Notes: generated by a model from the letters alone, not told the origin. DNA of 64,000 bases from an uncultured archaeon (GCA_964391265.1 CAYMLT010000001.1:905-64904); one strand, 5' to 3'; shown: positions 1-10,264, counted from the first letter of the stretch. Translations and numbers: made by a program.

Positions 1-92
1 CTCAAGGCCTCTTAAACGTGTTCTAACTGCCATATAACAATAGAGCTAGAGCCTAACTTAGCTTAAATCGTACGATGTATGTCATTCCATAG

Positions 93-644
93 GTGAACTC
101 TATGACACTATTTGACCCTTCCATTGAATATTATGTCCTACATGAAAAGGCTTGGAAATTTGGTGGAGGAGAGATATATGATCCGCAAGGAACCAAAGTA
201 GGCCTTATGAAACGAAAACTCATCTCTATGCGTGCTGAAATTCGTCTAGAAGAAGTTGATGAAACGCCGGTATGCTTGATCCACAAAAAGCTAGTGAGCG
301 CTAGACCAATCTACGATGTGAAAGCTCCTGATGGTGAATTGATTGGCAGAGGAAAACGACCATTGGTTGCAATTCGTGGTTCAGTTGATATGTATGATGC
401 CGATGACAACATGATATACAAAGCACAAGGCGGTGTAACGAAATGGAACTTCACAATAACAGACCCCAAAGATAAGAAGAAGGTCTATGCAGAAATCAAA
501 AAAGCCGATAAATGGCGAGATGTTTTTGCTCCAATGTTTAATTTCAAAGATCGATATGTCATTCGCATTCTTGATTCCAATGCTCCGCGTATGATGTTAT
601 TGGCATATGCAATTATCATTGATAACGTCTATCATGACAAGTGA
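93..644 (+). CDS. LURP-one-related / tubby C-terminal-like (DUF567-type) protein
   Basis: 183-aa ORF whose length and pattern match the LOR/tubby-like family. It is followed by a hairpin plus T-run. Confidence 0.4.
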   Translation: MNSMTLFDPSIEYYVLHEKAWKFGGGEIYDPQGTKVGLMKRKLISMRAEIRLEEVDETPVCLIHKKLVSARPIYDVKAPDGELIGRGKRPLVAIRGSVDMYDADDNMIYKAQGGVTKWNFTITDPKDKKKVYAEIKKADKWRDVFAPMFNFKDRYVIRILDSNAPRMMLLAYAIIIDNVYHDK

Positions 645-667
645 TAATTCATTCTATTAGTTTCTTA

Positions 668-697
668 AACGCGACAAAATGTCGCGTTCTATTTTTA
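668..697 (+). terminator. Hairpin followed by a T-tract downstream of the 93-644 gene
   Basis: Inverted repeat AACGCGAC-aaaat-GTCGCGTT at 668-688, followed by ctATTTTTaat. Confidence 0.4.
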
Positions 698-720
698 ATA
701 TATCACCTTAGATATTCATT

Positions 721-732
721 GAACACGTGTTC
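721..732. promoter_or_regulatory. Perfect 12-bp palindrome GAACACGTGTTC, copy 1 of a recurrent motif
   Basis: Exact palindrome with a CACGTG core, about 135 bp upstream of pan. The same 12-mer recurs at 15289-15300, 20008-20019 and 53634-53645, with variants at 15833-15846 and 15499-15511. Confidence 0.35.
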
Positions 733-864
733 CAATATTGTATTACAAGTACTACCAATTCTAAAACGCGCGAATTCACCTATTAGGTTACTAATGTAAT
801 AGCTCGTTGACCACTAAGGATATGCTTAAGTAATTTGAAAAGGATGGAAGGTTGAGGTGCCATT

Positions 865-2073
865 ATGCCTGGAAGCACAGATACAAAGAAAAATGGTGAG
901 GTAGAAGATGAAACTTACAGTCAGAGCTACGCAAGACACCTTGAACGTCGACTTCGTGCCCTAGAAACCGAAAAACAAATTCTCCAGGCAGAGAGAGGAA
1001 GACTCGAAAAGGAGACTCAAACTCTTCGCACCGAGCTTGAAAAGCTTAGACAATCACCATTAATCACCGCAACCATCTCTGAAATGTTGGAAGATGGTAG
1101 AGCAGTTGTTAAAAGCTCTACCGGTCCAAATTTTGTTGTTCATGTATCATCAAGCATATCTAAAGAAAAGCTTCAACCTGGTATGCGGGTCGCCTTAAAC
1201 CAACGAAGTTTTGCCATTACACAAGAACTTCCACCCTCGAGAGATCCTATGATAAGAGCAATGGAAATTGAAGAAGCTCCCTCGATATCATACTCTGACA
1301 TTGGAGGGTTGCATGATCAGCTCAGGGAAATTCGTGAAACTGTTGAATTACCTCTTTCGAGTCCAGAGCTTTTTGAGCAGGTTGGAATTGAGCCTCCAAA
1401 GGGAGTATTACTTACTGGTCCTCCAGGCACTGGCAAGACGCTGAGTGCTAGAGCGGTCGCCCATGAAACAAATGCAACGTTTATTCGGGTAATTGGATCT
1501 GAGCTTGTTCAGAAGTTTATAGGAGAAGGAGCTCGTCTTGTTAGAGAAATCTTCATGATGGCAAAAGAGAAAGCCCCAGCTATTGTCTTTGTAGACGAAC
1601 TTGATGCTGTCGGTTCACATCGATTGGATATTGCCACATCTGGCGATCGTGAGGTCCAACGAACTCTAATGCAATTGCTATCAGAACTTGATGGATTTGA
1701 AACACGAGGACAGGTCGCAATTATTGGAGCAACTAACCGACCGGATATTCTAGACCCCGCTCTGCTCAGACCCGGACGTTTTGATAGAATAATAGAATTC
1801 CCTTTTCCAGATGTTGATAGCCAAAAGGAAATTTTCAAAATTCATACTCGTGGAATGAATATCGAGGCAGGAGTGAACTTTGATCAGATTGTATCTAGTA
1901 ACGCAAAGCTTACTGGGGCCGATATCAAAGCCATATGTACGGAAGCAGGAATGTTCGCAATTCGAGGTGGGCAGACATGTGTATCGCAAGATCACTTCCG
2001 AAAAGCGATTGCCAAAGTCGAAGAAAGAGGCAAAGGTACTGATGGGTCAGTTCCCTCTGGTATTTACTGCTGA
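865..2073 (+). CDS. pan: Proteasome-activating nucleotidase (PAN, AAA+ ATPase)
   Basis: N-terminal coiled coil and OB region; Walker A GPPGTGKT, Walker B IVFVDELD and a second region of homology. Length of 402 aa is typical for PAN. Confidence 0.9.
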   Translation: MPGSTDTKKNGEVEDETYSQSYARHLERRLRALETEKQILQAERGRLEKETQTLRTELEKLRQSPLITATISEMLEDGRAVVKSSTGPNFVVHVSSSISKEKLQPGMRVALNQRSFAITQELPPSRDPMIRAMEIEEAPSISYSDIGGLHDQLREIRETVELPLSSPELFEQVGIEPPKGVLLTGPPGTGKTLSARAVAHETNATFIRVIGSELVQKFIGEGARLVREIFMMAKEKAPAIVFVDELDAVGSHRLDIATSGDREVQRTLMQLLSELDGFETRGQVAIIGATNRPDILDPALLRPGRFDRIIEFPFPDVDSQKEIFKIHTRGMNIEAGVNFDQIVSSNAKLTGADIKAICTEAGMFAIRGGQTCVSQDHFRKAIAKVEERGKGTDGSVPSGIYC

Positions 2074-2114
2074 GTATTGTAATACAATAAATACACACTG
2101 TTTGTTGATAGAAT

Positions 2115-2957
2115 ATGCGGTATAAAGAGTATCTTTGGAAAAAGTTAGGGGATTCATGCCCCGATAATTTTCCGTTCCCAAAAGGTTATCATCTCGTAGG
2201 ACATGTTGCCCTATTAACATTAAATTTTGAAAATCGCGATTTTGCAAAACGGATTGGAAAATGCACGCTCGAATATGATAGCAGGGTACGTTCGGTGGCA
2301 ATTAGAACTGGACCTACTTCTGATATTATCCGGAAGCCGGCATACGAATTAGTCGCAGGGCAATCAAATACCCTTACCACGCATATCGAAAATGGTGTGA
2401 TGTTCCGAGTAGATCCATTGAAGGTTACGTTTTCAGGGGGCAATAGAAAGGAGAGAATTTCCCTTCCGCGATATATCCAGTCGCATGAATATGTTGTTGA
2501 TATGTTTGCATGCGTGGGACAGTTTGGACTTCATATTGCCAAGACTGCAGGCGCAAAGGTTTTAGCTATTGAATTGAATCCAGAGGCACATGCACTGCTT
2601 GAAGAGAATATTAAGATAAATCATGTGGAGGATAGAATGCACGCGATTCTTGGCGACTGCCGTGACGAACACCCCAATGCTGTTGCTGATCGGGTTATTA
2701 TGGGATATCTTCCTGGAACGATAGATTATCTTCAAGCAGGATTAGAAACTCTTTCTCAGGAAGGGGGAATTATTCATTTGCATGATTCGTTACCTGAAAC
2801 AGAAGTTACAAAATACTGTAATACTATTAATACATTAGGACTTGGATTAGGATTTATTGCACAAATTCAGGTCAGAAAAATAAAGCACTACTCACCTGGC
2901 ATAACACATTTTGTATTTGATATATTGTTTCAGCCTTCTGATACGTCTGAAACATAA
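2115..2957 (+). CDS. Met-10+ like SAM-dependent tRNA methyltransferase (Trm5/Tyw2 family)
   Basis: Motif VVDMFACVGQFGLHIA, typical of Met-10+/Trm5-type class I methyltransferases. At 280 aa it is closer to Taw2/Tyw2 than to full-length Trm5. Confidence 0.55.
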   Translation: MRYKEYLWKKLGDSCPDNFPFPKGYHLVGHVALLTLNFENRDFAKRIGKCTLEYDSRVRSVAIRTGPTSDIIRKPAYELVAGQSNTLTTHIENGVMFRVDPLKVTFSGGNRKERISLPRYIQSHEYVVDMFACVGQFGLHIAKTAGAKVLAIELNPEAHALLEENIKINHVEDRMHAILGDCRDEHPNAVADRVIMGYLPGTIDYLQAGLETLSQEGGIIHLHDSLPETEVTKYCNTINTLGLGLGFIAQIQVRKIKHYSPGITHFVFDILFQPSDTSET

Positions 2958-2998
2958 TCGTTTTATCATCAATGGAGATGTAGCAATAAGAGGAATCT

Positions 2999-3385
2999 TT
3001 GATGGGATTTAGAGGAATGTCACCCAAACAAATGGCGCGTATGATGAAAAAAATGGGTATTTCGCAAGATGATTTGAAAGGTGTGAAGGAAGTCATTATT
3101 CGTTTTGATGACAAAGAATGGGTGATTGTGAATGCACAGGTCGCTGTCGTTAAACAAGCTGGAAGTGAATCCTATCAGGTATCTGGAAGTAAAACTGAAA
3201 GACCTTTAACTACAGGTATATCTGCTGATAGCGATGTAGAACCAGAACCCGAGATTGAGATACCTATTGAAGATGCAGCTCTTGTTGCAGGACAAACAGG
3301 AGTGAATATTGAAACAGCTACTCAAACTCTTAAGGATACCAAAGGGGACTTGGCTGCTGCAATTCTGAAACTTAGGCAGTCTTAG
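2999..3385 (+). CDS. nac: Nascent polypeptide-associated complex protein (NAC alpha)
   Basis: N-terminal MGFRGMSPKQMARMMKKMGI is typical of archaeal NAC. A C-terminal UBA-like tail is present. Confidence 0.75.
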   Translation: MMGFRGMSPKQMARMMKKMGISQDDLKGVKEVIIRFDDKEWVIVNAQVAVVKQAGSESYQVSGSKTERPLTTGISADSDVEPEPEIEIPIEDAALVAGQTGVNIETATQTLKDTKGDLAAAILKLRQS

Positions 3386-4020
3386 AAGGATTGTTCTAAC
3401 TGCATTCGATCACGAATAATCTTTAGCCGTATGAAATCTTCTCGTTCGCGTTCTTCCAGAGCAAGTTTCACGAAACGAGCAGAGGCATCCAGGCGAGGAA
3501 TCACTACAGTTTCCAAAGCGGATACACGACGCTTTGTTCGTTCTATCTCCAGAGCTAAACGTTTGACGGTTGATTCAATTTCTGCGAGACGAACTAATGA
3601 CTTCAATGCTTCTCTAAACTTAATACTCATTGTATCAAGTCTTGCACTGGAATCAGGTAGTGAATATGGTAACTCTGGTATGTGTTGTTCTACTGAAAGA
3701 ACAGGAACCCGGACGCCCATCATGGACCGGGTGGCAATGCTGATTTCTGTTTTCACCTTACTGGCATATGCGAATTCAATTACTCTAGCTGGTCCCATAA
3801 TCATTTTGGCTTGGGTCAAACTTGAGAAAGCTTCCGCCAACGCAGATTCCACTGTCTGTCTGGCTTCCTTAATTTCTGCAATTGCATTAAAAAATTCCAT
3901 AATTAGTGAATCACGTTTTTCTTTGAGTAAGTTATGGCCACGTTCGGCAAGACGCATTCTGTTCTTCAATCGAAGAAGTTCCATTCGGGTAGTCTTAGTA
4001 CCTGCTAATACCTTGCTCAT
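3382..4020 (-). CDS. atpD: A/V-type ATP synthase subunit D (solitary copy)
   Basis: MSKVLAGTKTTRMELLRLKNRMRLAERGHNLLKEKRD matches the subunit D signature. Start trimmed to the internal Met, because the upstream 48 codons are an unlikely extension. No other atp genes are adjacent. Confidence 0.7.
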   Translation of the reverse strand: MSKVLAGTKTTRMELLRLKNRMRLAERGHNLLKEKRDSLIMEFFNAIAEIKEARQTVESALAEAFSSLTQAKMIMGPARVIEFAYASKVKTEISIATRSMMGVRVPVLSVEQHIPELPYSLPDSSARLDTMSIKFREALKSLVRLAEIESTVKRLALEIERTKRRVSALETVVIPRLDASARFVKLALEEREREDFIRLKIIRDRMQLEQSF

Positions 4021-4103
4021 TGGGGTCACTTCAATGCAATTTTTAGCCGCCGTATGCAGTAAACTACACGAAATACAATTTCCTAAAACTGTTGTGATGG
4101 CCT

Positions 4104-4382
4104 TTATGCGAGGGTGAATGCTAGCGCACCCACTACAACACCTATCAAGCATATGACTAGCCACTCACGAACGTATTTCTGTACCAACTGAGGGCGGTCA
4201 CTGATTTGCCCAGTTGCAATAAGAGTCATCATGGAAACGAATAGAAATGCAAATGGAAGGGAAGCTGTTGTGCCATCAATGGGGGCATCAGCAATGAATA
4301 TGACACCAACGAGAAGGCCGAATATCATGAAGCTAAGTATCATCAAAGAGTTCAAAATTCGTTGAATCCTGCTTACGTCCAT
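4104..4382 (-). CDS. Small integral membrane protein (3 predicted TM segments)
   Basis: 92-aa ORF, strongly hydrophobic. Confidence 0.3.
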   Translation of the reverse strand: MDVSRIQRILNSLMILSFMIFGLLVGVIFIADAPIDGTTASLPFAFLFVSMMTLIATGQISDRPQLVQKYVREWLVICLIGVVVGALAFTLA

Positions 4383-4570
4383 ATTATGATTCTCCTGGTT
4401 TGCAGATCATACTAAAATGCCTGCCCGCCGCAATCACGGTTTTATTCAGTTCAAAAAGGTTGTGTATTGAACTTGCTGTCCTTCGTATGTTTCTCTCACA
4501 ATCTTTATCAGGCATTTCATTGTACAAATTGTATTACAATAACTAATTGTGATACAACGAGGTTGTAGCC

Positions 4571-5545
4571 ATGACGATTGCAATTCATGAGTCCGCGCTC
4601 ATTCGACATTTCAACACACGAAAAGAAACACTTCGTGCATGGGAAGAAAAAATAGGAGCACGTTTTAGCCCCTTTAGGGGTTTTAAGATGCCTGACTCGC
4701 GACTCTACTGCGAGCATCCAGATTTTCTTGATTCTATAGTTGATTTAATCATCACTAATGAGAGACATATCTTTCTGCGAGGACCGGTTGGATCGGGGAA
4801 GAGCACCTTGATGCTTTTGGCTTTGAGAGATTTACCCACCCTTGCAGATCGAAGAGGTAACAAATTCATAACTGGATACGTAGGTATGACGGGACTTTAT
4901 GAAAAACAGATGTCAGCAGCTATTGCTGATTCATTAAGAATCAAATATCGACGTTCTTGGGAGTCTAGTCAAATTATTGATGCGGTTGCTCAAGAGAGTG
5001 TGCGAAGGTATATCGAGGAAAAAAGTCGTACCGCTCTCTTCATTGAAGACGTAGCTGATAATCAAGAAGCTGCCTTCCACAAGCTCAGATATTTGGCTGA
5101 TTTGCCAACTGAGGAAATGAAGGATGGTTATGGGTCTGCACTTGATGAACCAATTGTAACATTAGTCATGAGTGGAACCAAGCTTTATTGGAATGCAATG
5201 CTCTCATTCCTTCCACAAATAGCTGACAGGACAGAGCCATTAGATGTTCCGGCACTGGGTGATAACAAAGCGAGGGAGTTTATTGGTCGCAGGATTGCGT
5301 ATGCAAAAGGAACCATCGACTCTTTCGACCCTACTAATTACGACATCTATCCGTTTCATGAGGACGCAATAACAGTGCTTAACACTGCTGCAAGAGGGAA
5401 TCCTCGTGACCTTCGAATGTTAGCCAGAGGGTGCCAACAAGTTGCAGCTGAGAATTTCAAGCGGGCTGGTAGCCCTGATGTGGATCCAGAGATAGCTCGG
5501 CTTGTATCAGAAGCCTATGAAACTATTCTCAAGGAGGTCAGATAA
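4571..5545 (+). CDS. AAA+ P-loop ATPase (ORC/AAA_22-like, no winged-helix domain)
   Basis: Walker A GPVGSGKST, Walker B LFIEDVAD, sensor-2-like ARGNPRDLRML. Translationally coupled to the next ORF. Confidence 0.5.
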   Translation: MTIAIHESALIRHFNTRKETLRAWEEKIGARFSPFRGFKMPDSRLYCEHPDFLDSIVDLIITNERHIFLRGPVGSGKSTLMLLALRDLPTLADRRGNKFITGYVGMTGLYEKQMSAAIADSLRIKYRRSWESSQIIDAVAQESVRRYIEEKSRTALFIEDVADNQEAAFHKLRYLADLPTEEMKDGYGSALDEPIVTLVMSGTKLYWNAMLSFLPQIADRTEPLDVPALGDNKAREFIGRRIAYAKGTIDSFDPTNYDIYPFHEDAITVLNTAARGNPRDLRMLARGCQQVAAENFKRAGSPDVDPEIARLVSEAYETILKEVR

Positions 5546-5547
5546 TT

Positions 5548-5823
5548 ATGAGTGTACTGGGTAAGTATAGAAAGGACGAAGAAAGAAGAGATGATGAAGA
5601 TAAAACGACTGACGCCTTACCAAAAACAGATACTGTGCCAGTTGCTGTGCCAAATAATGAAAGAAGGAGCCCAATTATGTCCTTCAGCGTGACAACAGAA
5701 CTCAGATCCTGCTTGAAGGCAGTGAGAAACGAAAAGGCAATCAATCTGAGTATGTGGGTAGAACGCAAGTTGAGGGATGCATTATCTGAAGAATTTCCTG
5801 ATATTGCAGAGGCACATCTTTAG
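5548..5823 (+). CDS. Ribbon-helix-helix (CopG/Arc/MetJ-like) DNA-binding protein
   Basis: A C-terminal beta-strand plus two helices (MSFSVTTELRSCLKAVRNEKAINLSMWVERKLRDAL). The start lies 3 nt after the stop of the ATPase gene. Confidence 0.4.
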   Translation: MSVLGKYRKDEERRDDEDKTTDALPKTDTVPVAVPNNERRSPIMSFSVTTELRSCLKAVRNEKAINLSMWVERKLRDALSEEFPDIAEAHL

Positions 5824-5852
5824 AAGCTATATTGTAATACAATTTATACAAG

Positions 5853-7235
5853 TTAGGATCTATTGTTAAGCATATCCGCATACTCTGCAGTTTTTGCCAT
5901 ACATAGGACAGCGAGAGTGGGATCATCGTAGCACGGTATTCTGTTCATCTCCAACAAATCCTTCCCGGGCTTTCCAACATCACCTGCAAGCCAAACACCT
6001 ACTACTGGTTTATCGGTTGCGGCTATCCTGACACCTTCCAATGTTCCCGCTGCATGCTCTGCTTGAGTCATTCCCGCAAATGTAGGGACAGCACATATCA
6101 CTAGTAACATATCCACACCGGAATCTTTCAGAAGAAGCTCAGTTGCAATACGATACTCCCGTCTGCCGCCGCTGGCTAAAACATCTATTGGATTGTTTAG
6201 TGATGCCATTGGTGACAGGACTTGGCGTAGCTCGTTATATGTTTCTTTTTCGAATTGTGCGATATTGAGTCCTAATTCTGAAGCAGCATCTGTAGCAAGG
6301 ACTCCTGCTCCTCCTGTATTACTGATAATACCAATATTACATCCTTTAGGCATTGGTTGGTAATCAAATATCTTACAAATTTCAAGTAAGGAATCAAGAG
6401 TGGGTGCAGATACACATCCAGCTTGTCGCATCATTCCATCAAACACTTCAGTAGATCCGGCAAGCGATCCTGTGTGGCTCTGAGTCGCTCGTCCACCAAT
6501 CTCACTACGACCACCTTTCAGAACAACGACGGGTTTTTCACGAGATGCACTTTGAAGCGAGTCAAAGAATTCTCTGCCATTGTCAACTCCTTCTACATAA
6601 ACAGCAATAGCTTTCGTTCTCTGATCATCACGGAAGTAATTAAGAATTTCAACAAAACCAACATCAGCAGCATTTCCCACACTCGCGAATTTACTGACTC
6701 CAATCCTCTTCGCACGTGTGGTGTAGATAATCATTCCGCCAAGGGCTCCACTTTGAGAGAGTAGAGCAATATTTCCACGTTCGGGCATCATGGTGAATGT
6801 GGCATTGAAAAGACGACTATTAGAAACTCCAACGCAATTGGGTCCAATAATGCGAACTCCAGCTTTATTAGCTGCATTCATGAGGTCTTTTTCAAGCCTT
6901 GCACCATCGGAATCGACCTCGCTGAATCCTCCAGAAATAATAACTGCATGACTCGCTCCAGCCTTTTTCACCTCTGCCATTAACCCTGGACAATATTTAG
7001 CTGCCACAGCTATAACCACCAAATCTACTGGGTTAGGTAAATCTGTCAGGCTTGGGTATGTCTTCACACCAAGAACATATTCGCTTGATCTGCTTATAGG
7101 GTAGATATCGATTTCTGATGCAAGAAGATTCATCAGAATTGAATTGCCAAGTTTTCGATAGTCTGATGATGCCCCAACAAGTGCGACTGACTTTGGATTA
7201 AAGAACAAATCAATGGAAGATTCTTGTCTGCTCAT
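5853..7235 (-). CDS. acdA: Acetyl-CoA synthetase (ADP-forming), alpha subunit (CoA-binding plus CoA-ligase domains)
   Basis: KSVALVGAS CoA-binding Rossmann fold and a succinyl-CoA-synthetase-like alpha domain. Start trimmed to the internal Met. Confidence 0.7.
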   Translation of the reverse strand: MSRQESSIDLFFNPKSVALVGASSDYRKLGNSILMNLLASEIDIYPISRSSEYVLGVKTYPSLTDLPNPVDLVVIAVAAKYCPGLMAEVKKAGASHAVIISGGFSEVDSDGARLEKDLMNAANKAGVRIIGPNCVGVSNSRLFNATFTMMPERGNIALLSQSGALGGMIIYTTRAKRIGVSKFASVGNAADVGFVEILNYFRDDQRTKAIAVYVEGVDNGREFFDSLQSASREKPVVVLKGGRSEIGGRATQSHTGSLAGSTEVFDGMMRQAGCVSAPTLDSLLEICKIFDYQPMPKGCNIGIISNTGGAGVLATDAASELGLNIAQFEKETYNELRQVLSPMASLNNPIDVLASGGRREYRIATELLLKDSGVDMLLVICAVPTFAGMTQAEHAAGTLEGVRIAATDKPVVGVWLAGDVGKPGKDLLEMNRIPCYDDPTLAVLCMAKTAEYADMLNNRS

Positions 7236-7310
7236 AAGATAAGGAAAATGCACACGTAATTTATGTCTGTCGTGTTGTACCATCTATTTGCGATAATTGT
7301 ATTACAAGTA

Positions 7311-8564
7311 TTAAGATGCTTTCCAGTTCTCCCTGTAAAACCGCTGCAGTGCAGAAGAATTCTTGCAATCTGATAATAGAGTATTCTCAACTATAGTGCG
7401 AGTTTCGGGGCATCTGTGTTTGATATTCTTAAGAGACACAAGAGCAGATTCTTGAACCTTTTTACTTCGTGTTGTACAGATGGTGTTGATTAGTACACTT
7501 ACAATTGATTCGTGATAGTAATTGGCAAGTGCCCAAATAGCGGGGGTCACTAATCGAGGGTCTTTTTCACAAGTCATTTCATTCAGTATAATTGCAGATT
7601 CAAGCATGCGTATAGATACGTGATCTCTAATCAATGAAAGTAGAGTGCGATATGATTGGCTGGACTCAGTAGATTTGTACTCGTCAATCGCGCTACGTAG
7701 TAAATGGTCCAATGTTAATAAGGAGTGCTTGCTACCAAGTGTGCATAGTCCTTGCGTATCATGATTGATAATGAAATCAAGTAAGTTCGTGTAATTAGAA
7801 TTCAGTGAGGGCTTAACAAACAATTTTTCACCCTTGGTATCTCGCCTAAGTATCTGGATCTTTTTCTTGATTGATGGTGATACCTGTATTACTGATAATA
7901 CTAATTCGTATTTTTCCTTTGATATTGTATTACCACGAATACCAAGATCAGCTAGAGCTCTACGTCCAGGTTCCGTGTGCCAGATATCTTCAATTAGGAG
8001 TGAGTCATTTTGCCGTATTACATCAACTAATGCAAAGTTTTTGATTTGCGATTCTTCTATTGCCATTGCTAGCTTGGTCGGAATTTGATTGGCAGGATTT
8101 GATACATCGAAAAACAATGTATTACCGTTTGCGGTCTGATTTTCAGCAGATTTGATGACTGTATTCATAAAGAATCGCATTGCATCAACACTTGAGTCAA
8201 CAGATGTTGTTCCCAAAAGCAATTCTTCTGTAGGTTCTGGAATCGATTCTAATCCTAAACAGCCAAGTGTTTCGAATACAACCTCTCTGAATTTTAAGGG
8301 CTCCACCATAACTCGAGGATGGGTGTATCCTATAGGAACTGAATATTGCGTTTTACTAGCACTGATGAGATATTCAATCACTGTTGGCCACCCATAAGCT
8401 ACATCCAAATTGATTATGATATCGCTCAAGTCTTTGATTCGCCTATCGCCTATGGCATTGGCGATTTTCTGAATTGTCGTTTCTTCTTCTATTTCCTTGA
8501 TTTTCTGTTTACTTGCATTCATGATCCGACGTAACGGATTATCGCCATTATTCAATAATATCAC
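7311..8564 (-). CDS. HEAT/ARM-like repeat protein, function unknown
   Basis: 417 aa with repeated helical hairpins near the C-terminus. Confidence 0.3.
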   Translation of the reverse strand: MILLNNGDNPLRRIMNASKQKIKEIEEETTIQKIANAIGDRRIKDLSDIIINLDVAYGWPTVIEYLISASKTQYSVPIGYTHPRVMVEPLKFREVVFETLGCLGLESIPEPTEELLLGTTSVDSSVDAMRFFMNTVIKSAENQTANGNTLFFDVSNPANQIPTKLAMAIEESQIKNFALVDVIRQNDSLLIEDIWHTEPGRRALADLGIRGNTISKEKYELVLSVIQVSPSIKKKIQILRRDTKGEKLFVKPSLNSNYTNLLDFIINHDTQGLCTLGSKHSLLTLDHLLRSAIDEYKSTESSQSYRTLLSLIRDHVSIRMLESAIILNEMTCEKDPRLVTPAIWALANYYHESIVSVLINTICTTRSKKVQESALVSLKNIKHRCPETRTIVENTLLSDCKNSSALQRFYRENWKAS

Positions 8565-8978
8565 GAACCAATTGTACAGACCAGAAACAGGGATGCGAAT
8601 AAGATTTTGTAATAAAATGCGGATATTACTTGTATTACAGGAACTCTAGCCGTGGGAAACTTGGAAAATGCTGGTTCTAGGATTAGAACTATGTACAATT
8701 GTGATTGATTATGGTATGAGTGTGTCGTATCAATAGTAAACGGTTAGCTGTAGGATAGGTTTCACATACAGCCACAATCGATCACTGTTGCTATCTCTAT
8801 CTCCTCAAATGCAATAAACTAGTAGATACAATGGTGATGCAAAGCGGTTGGAAACCAATCCATGTTGACAGTGATTCGTGTTTGAATACGACACATTCGT
8901 GCTGCTCTTTATTTTCCTCATTTTTGAAAATATTCTACAAATATGATATCATTTGGAAATGTAATACAATTAATACTT

Positions 8979-9536
8979 CTATTCTGACTCAGAATTTACG
9001 CGTTTTTTTGAAATCCCAGATTTTAAAACTAGGGGAGAAGCTAGTTCATTTAGAGCTTCGTTAATCGATTGTTCTGCAATCCTATAGCTCTCCATATCCT
9101 CATTACTTAGCTCTTCTCTGCCTGCTAGGACCTCCCTAATTCTACGATAGTCACCTATCTTTGATGCCATTTCCTCAAAGGGCCGGAACACAGCGAAATC
9201 GAATAGGTCAAGGTATGCTAGGAGTAGCATAGTATACATACATCGGGTTACATTTCGTCGTGATTGATGTAACGTTCGATTGAAGGAACCTCGAGACACA
9301 CCTCTTGTTCTCTCAGTAGATTTGCTGCGGATTGTTGCCTTTTCTTCGTAGGGGATATGATTACCAAGTTGATCTTCTACCACCAAATCAATCAGCAGTG
9401 TTTCCAATTGTGCTTTTGTAAGTAATGACCGATCTAGTAGAATTTTCATAATTGGTTCGTTCATGACTCTGCGTGCCCTCTGTCCAATACTTCTCATGCC
9501 TTGAGGGTGTTTAGATTCTTGTAAATCTTCATTCAT
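8979..9536 (-). CDS. Hypothetical protein
   Basis: 185-aa ORF with no recognised motif. Confidence 0.25.
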   Translation of the reverse strand: MNEDLQESKHPQGMRSIGQRARRVMNEPIMKILLDRSLLTKAQLETLLIDLVVEDQLGNHIPYEEKATIRSKSTERTRGVSRGSFNRTLHQSRRNVTRCMYTMLLLAYLDLFDFAVFRPFEEMASKIGDYRRIREVLAGREELSNEDMESYRIAEQSINEALNELASPLVLKSGISKKRVNSESE

Positions 9537-9700
9537 CTATTGTAGACCTCTGTAGTTTCGTAATTGTACCCAGAAAGCCACTAGGACAACATTTATGATG
9601 CATTTCGCTAGAGTATCTGAGCGGATACACATTTGTATACAATCGGAAAACCACTTATAGATATAACTTAATGGAACTGTGATACTTGTAATACAAATCT

Positions 9701-10114
9701 CTAACTTGGAAGTGTCCATTCGGCTTCTGGGGAAACCTCAACAAATCCAAGAATGAGGTTTCCTCGAATCTCATCAAACTTGTAGACGCCAAAGACGTAT
9801 CGCTCTCGCCCAAGATCCCATTCGAATCTTCCTCTAGCGAGAGTGTATTGGAAAACATTCCGGCATTGTTTTCGTACTGATGCAAAGAGATTCTTGAATC
9901 TCCTGCGCTGCGATGGGCGAATACCCCAACGTTCGAGTATGAATCTGTTGGCAAGACTATTACTTGAAATCAGTATAGCTCTCTTTTTTCGGTTGCTGGC
10001 ACGTGAAGAGTCTCTCAATACATTACGCAAGCAATCGGGTAAGTTTGCTAGAATGGAAGGAGTGGTTTCAGGTTCACGTATGAGGTAACCCTTGTTTTCT
10101 GAAGACGGCTGCAA
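9701..10114 (-). CDS. Hypothetical basic protein
   Basis: 137-aa ORF with no recognised motif. Confidence 0.25.
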   Translation of the reverse strand: MQPSSENKGYLIREPETTPSILANLPDCLRNVLRDSSRASNRKKRAILISSNSLANRFILERWGIRPSQRRRFKNLFASVRKQCRNVFQYTLARGRFEWDLGRERYVFGVYKFDEIRGNLILGFVEVSPEAEWTLPS

Positions 10115-10264
10115 CTTTAATCATACTTTGGTACTGCTGACACCTTAAGAGCACCTACAAATATTTTGTAATACATGTATTATATATAATAGATGGGGAT
10201 TATATTGCCATTTCATTTGATTTAATATCAGCTGGTATTCTGATGGGGTTAGAGGTCCCACCAA

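Noticed and set aside
3431-4117. Long ORFs antisense to real genes (3431-4117; 26071-26610, 28738-29061 and others)
   Set aside because: They lie opposite well-supported genes (atpD and the HerA-like ATPase), have low-complexity, Ser- and Arg-rich translations and carry no motifs. They are typical shadow ORFs.
6314-7895. Identical 19-mer CCTGTATTACTGATAATAC in acdA and in the neighbouring HEAT-repeat gene
   Set aside because: Chance expectation is only about 0.01-0.02, so coincidence is unlikely. However, the two copies sit in different reading frames of unrelated proteins and contain the genome-wide GTATTAC core. This is most likely a by-product of that motif's abundance rather than a functional repeat.
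8718-8898. Inverted repeat GTGTGTCGTAT / ATACGACACATTC 160 bp apart in the 8.6-9.0 kb intergenic region, as a MITE or ncRNA
   Set aside because: Only about 11-12 bp match. I found no target-site duplication and no second copy in the window.
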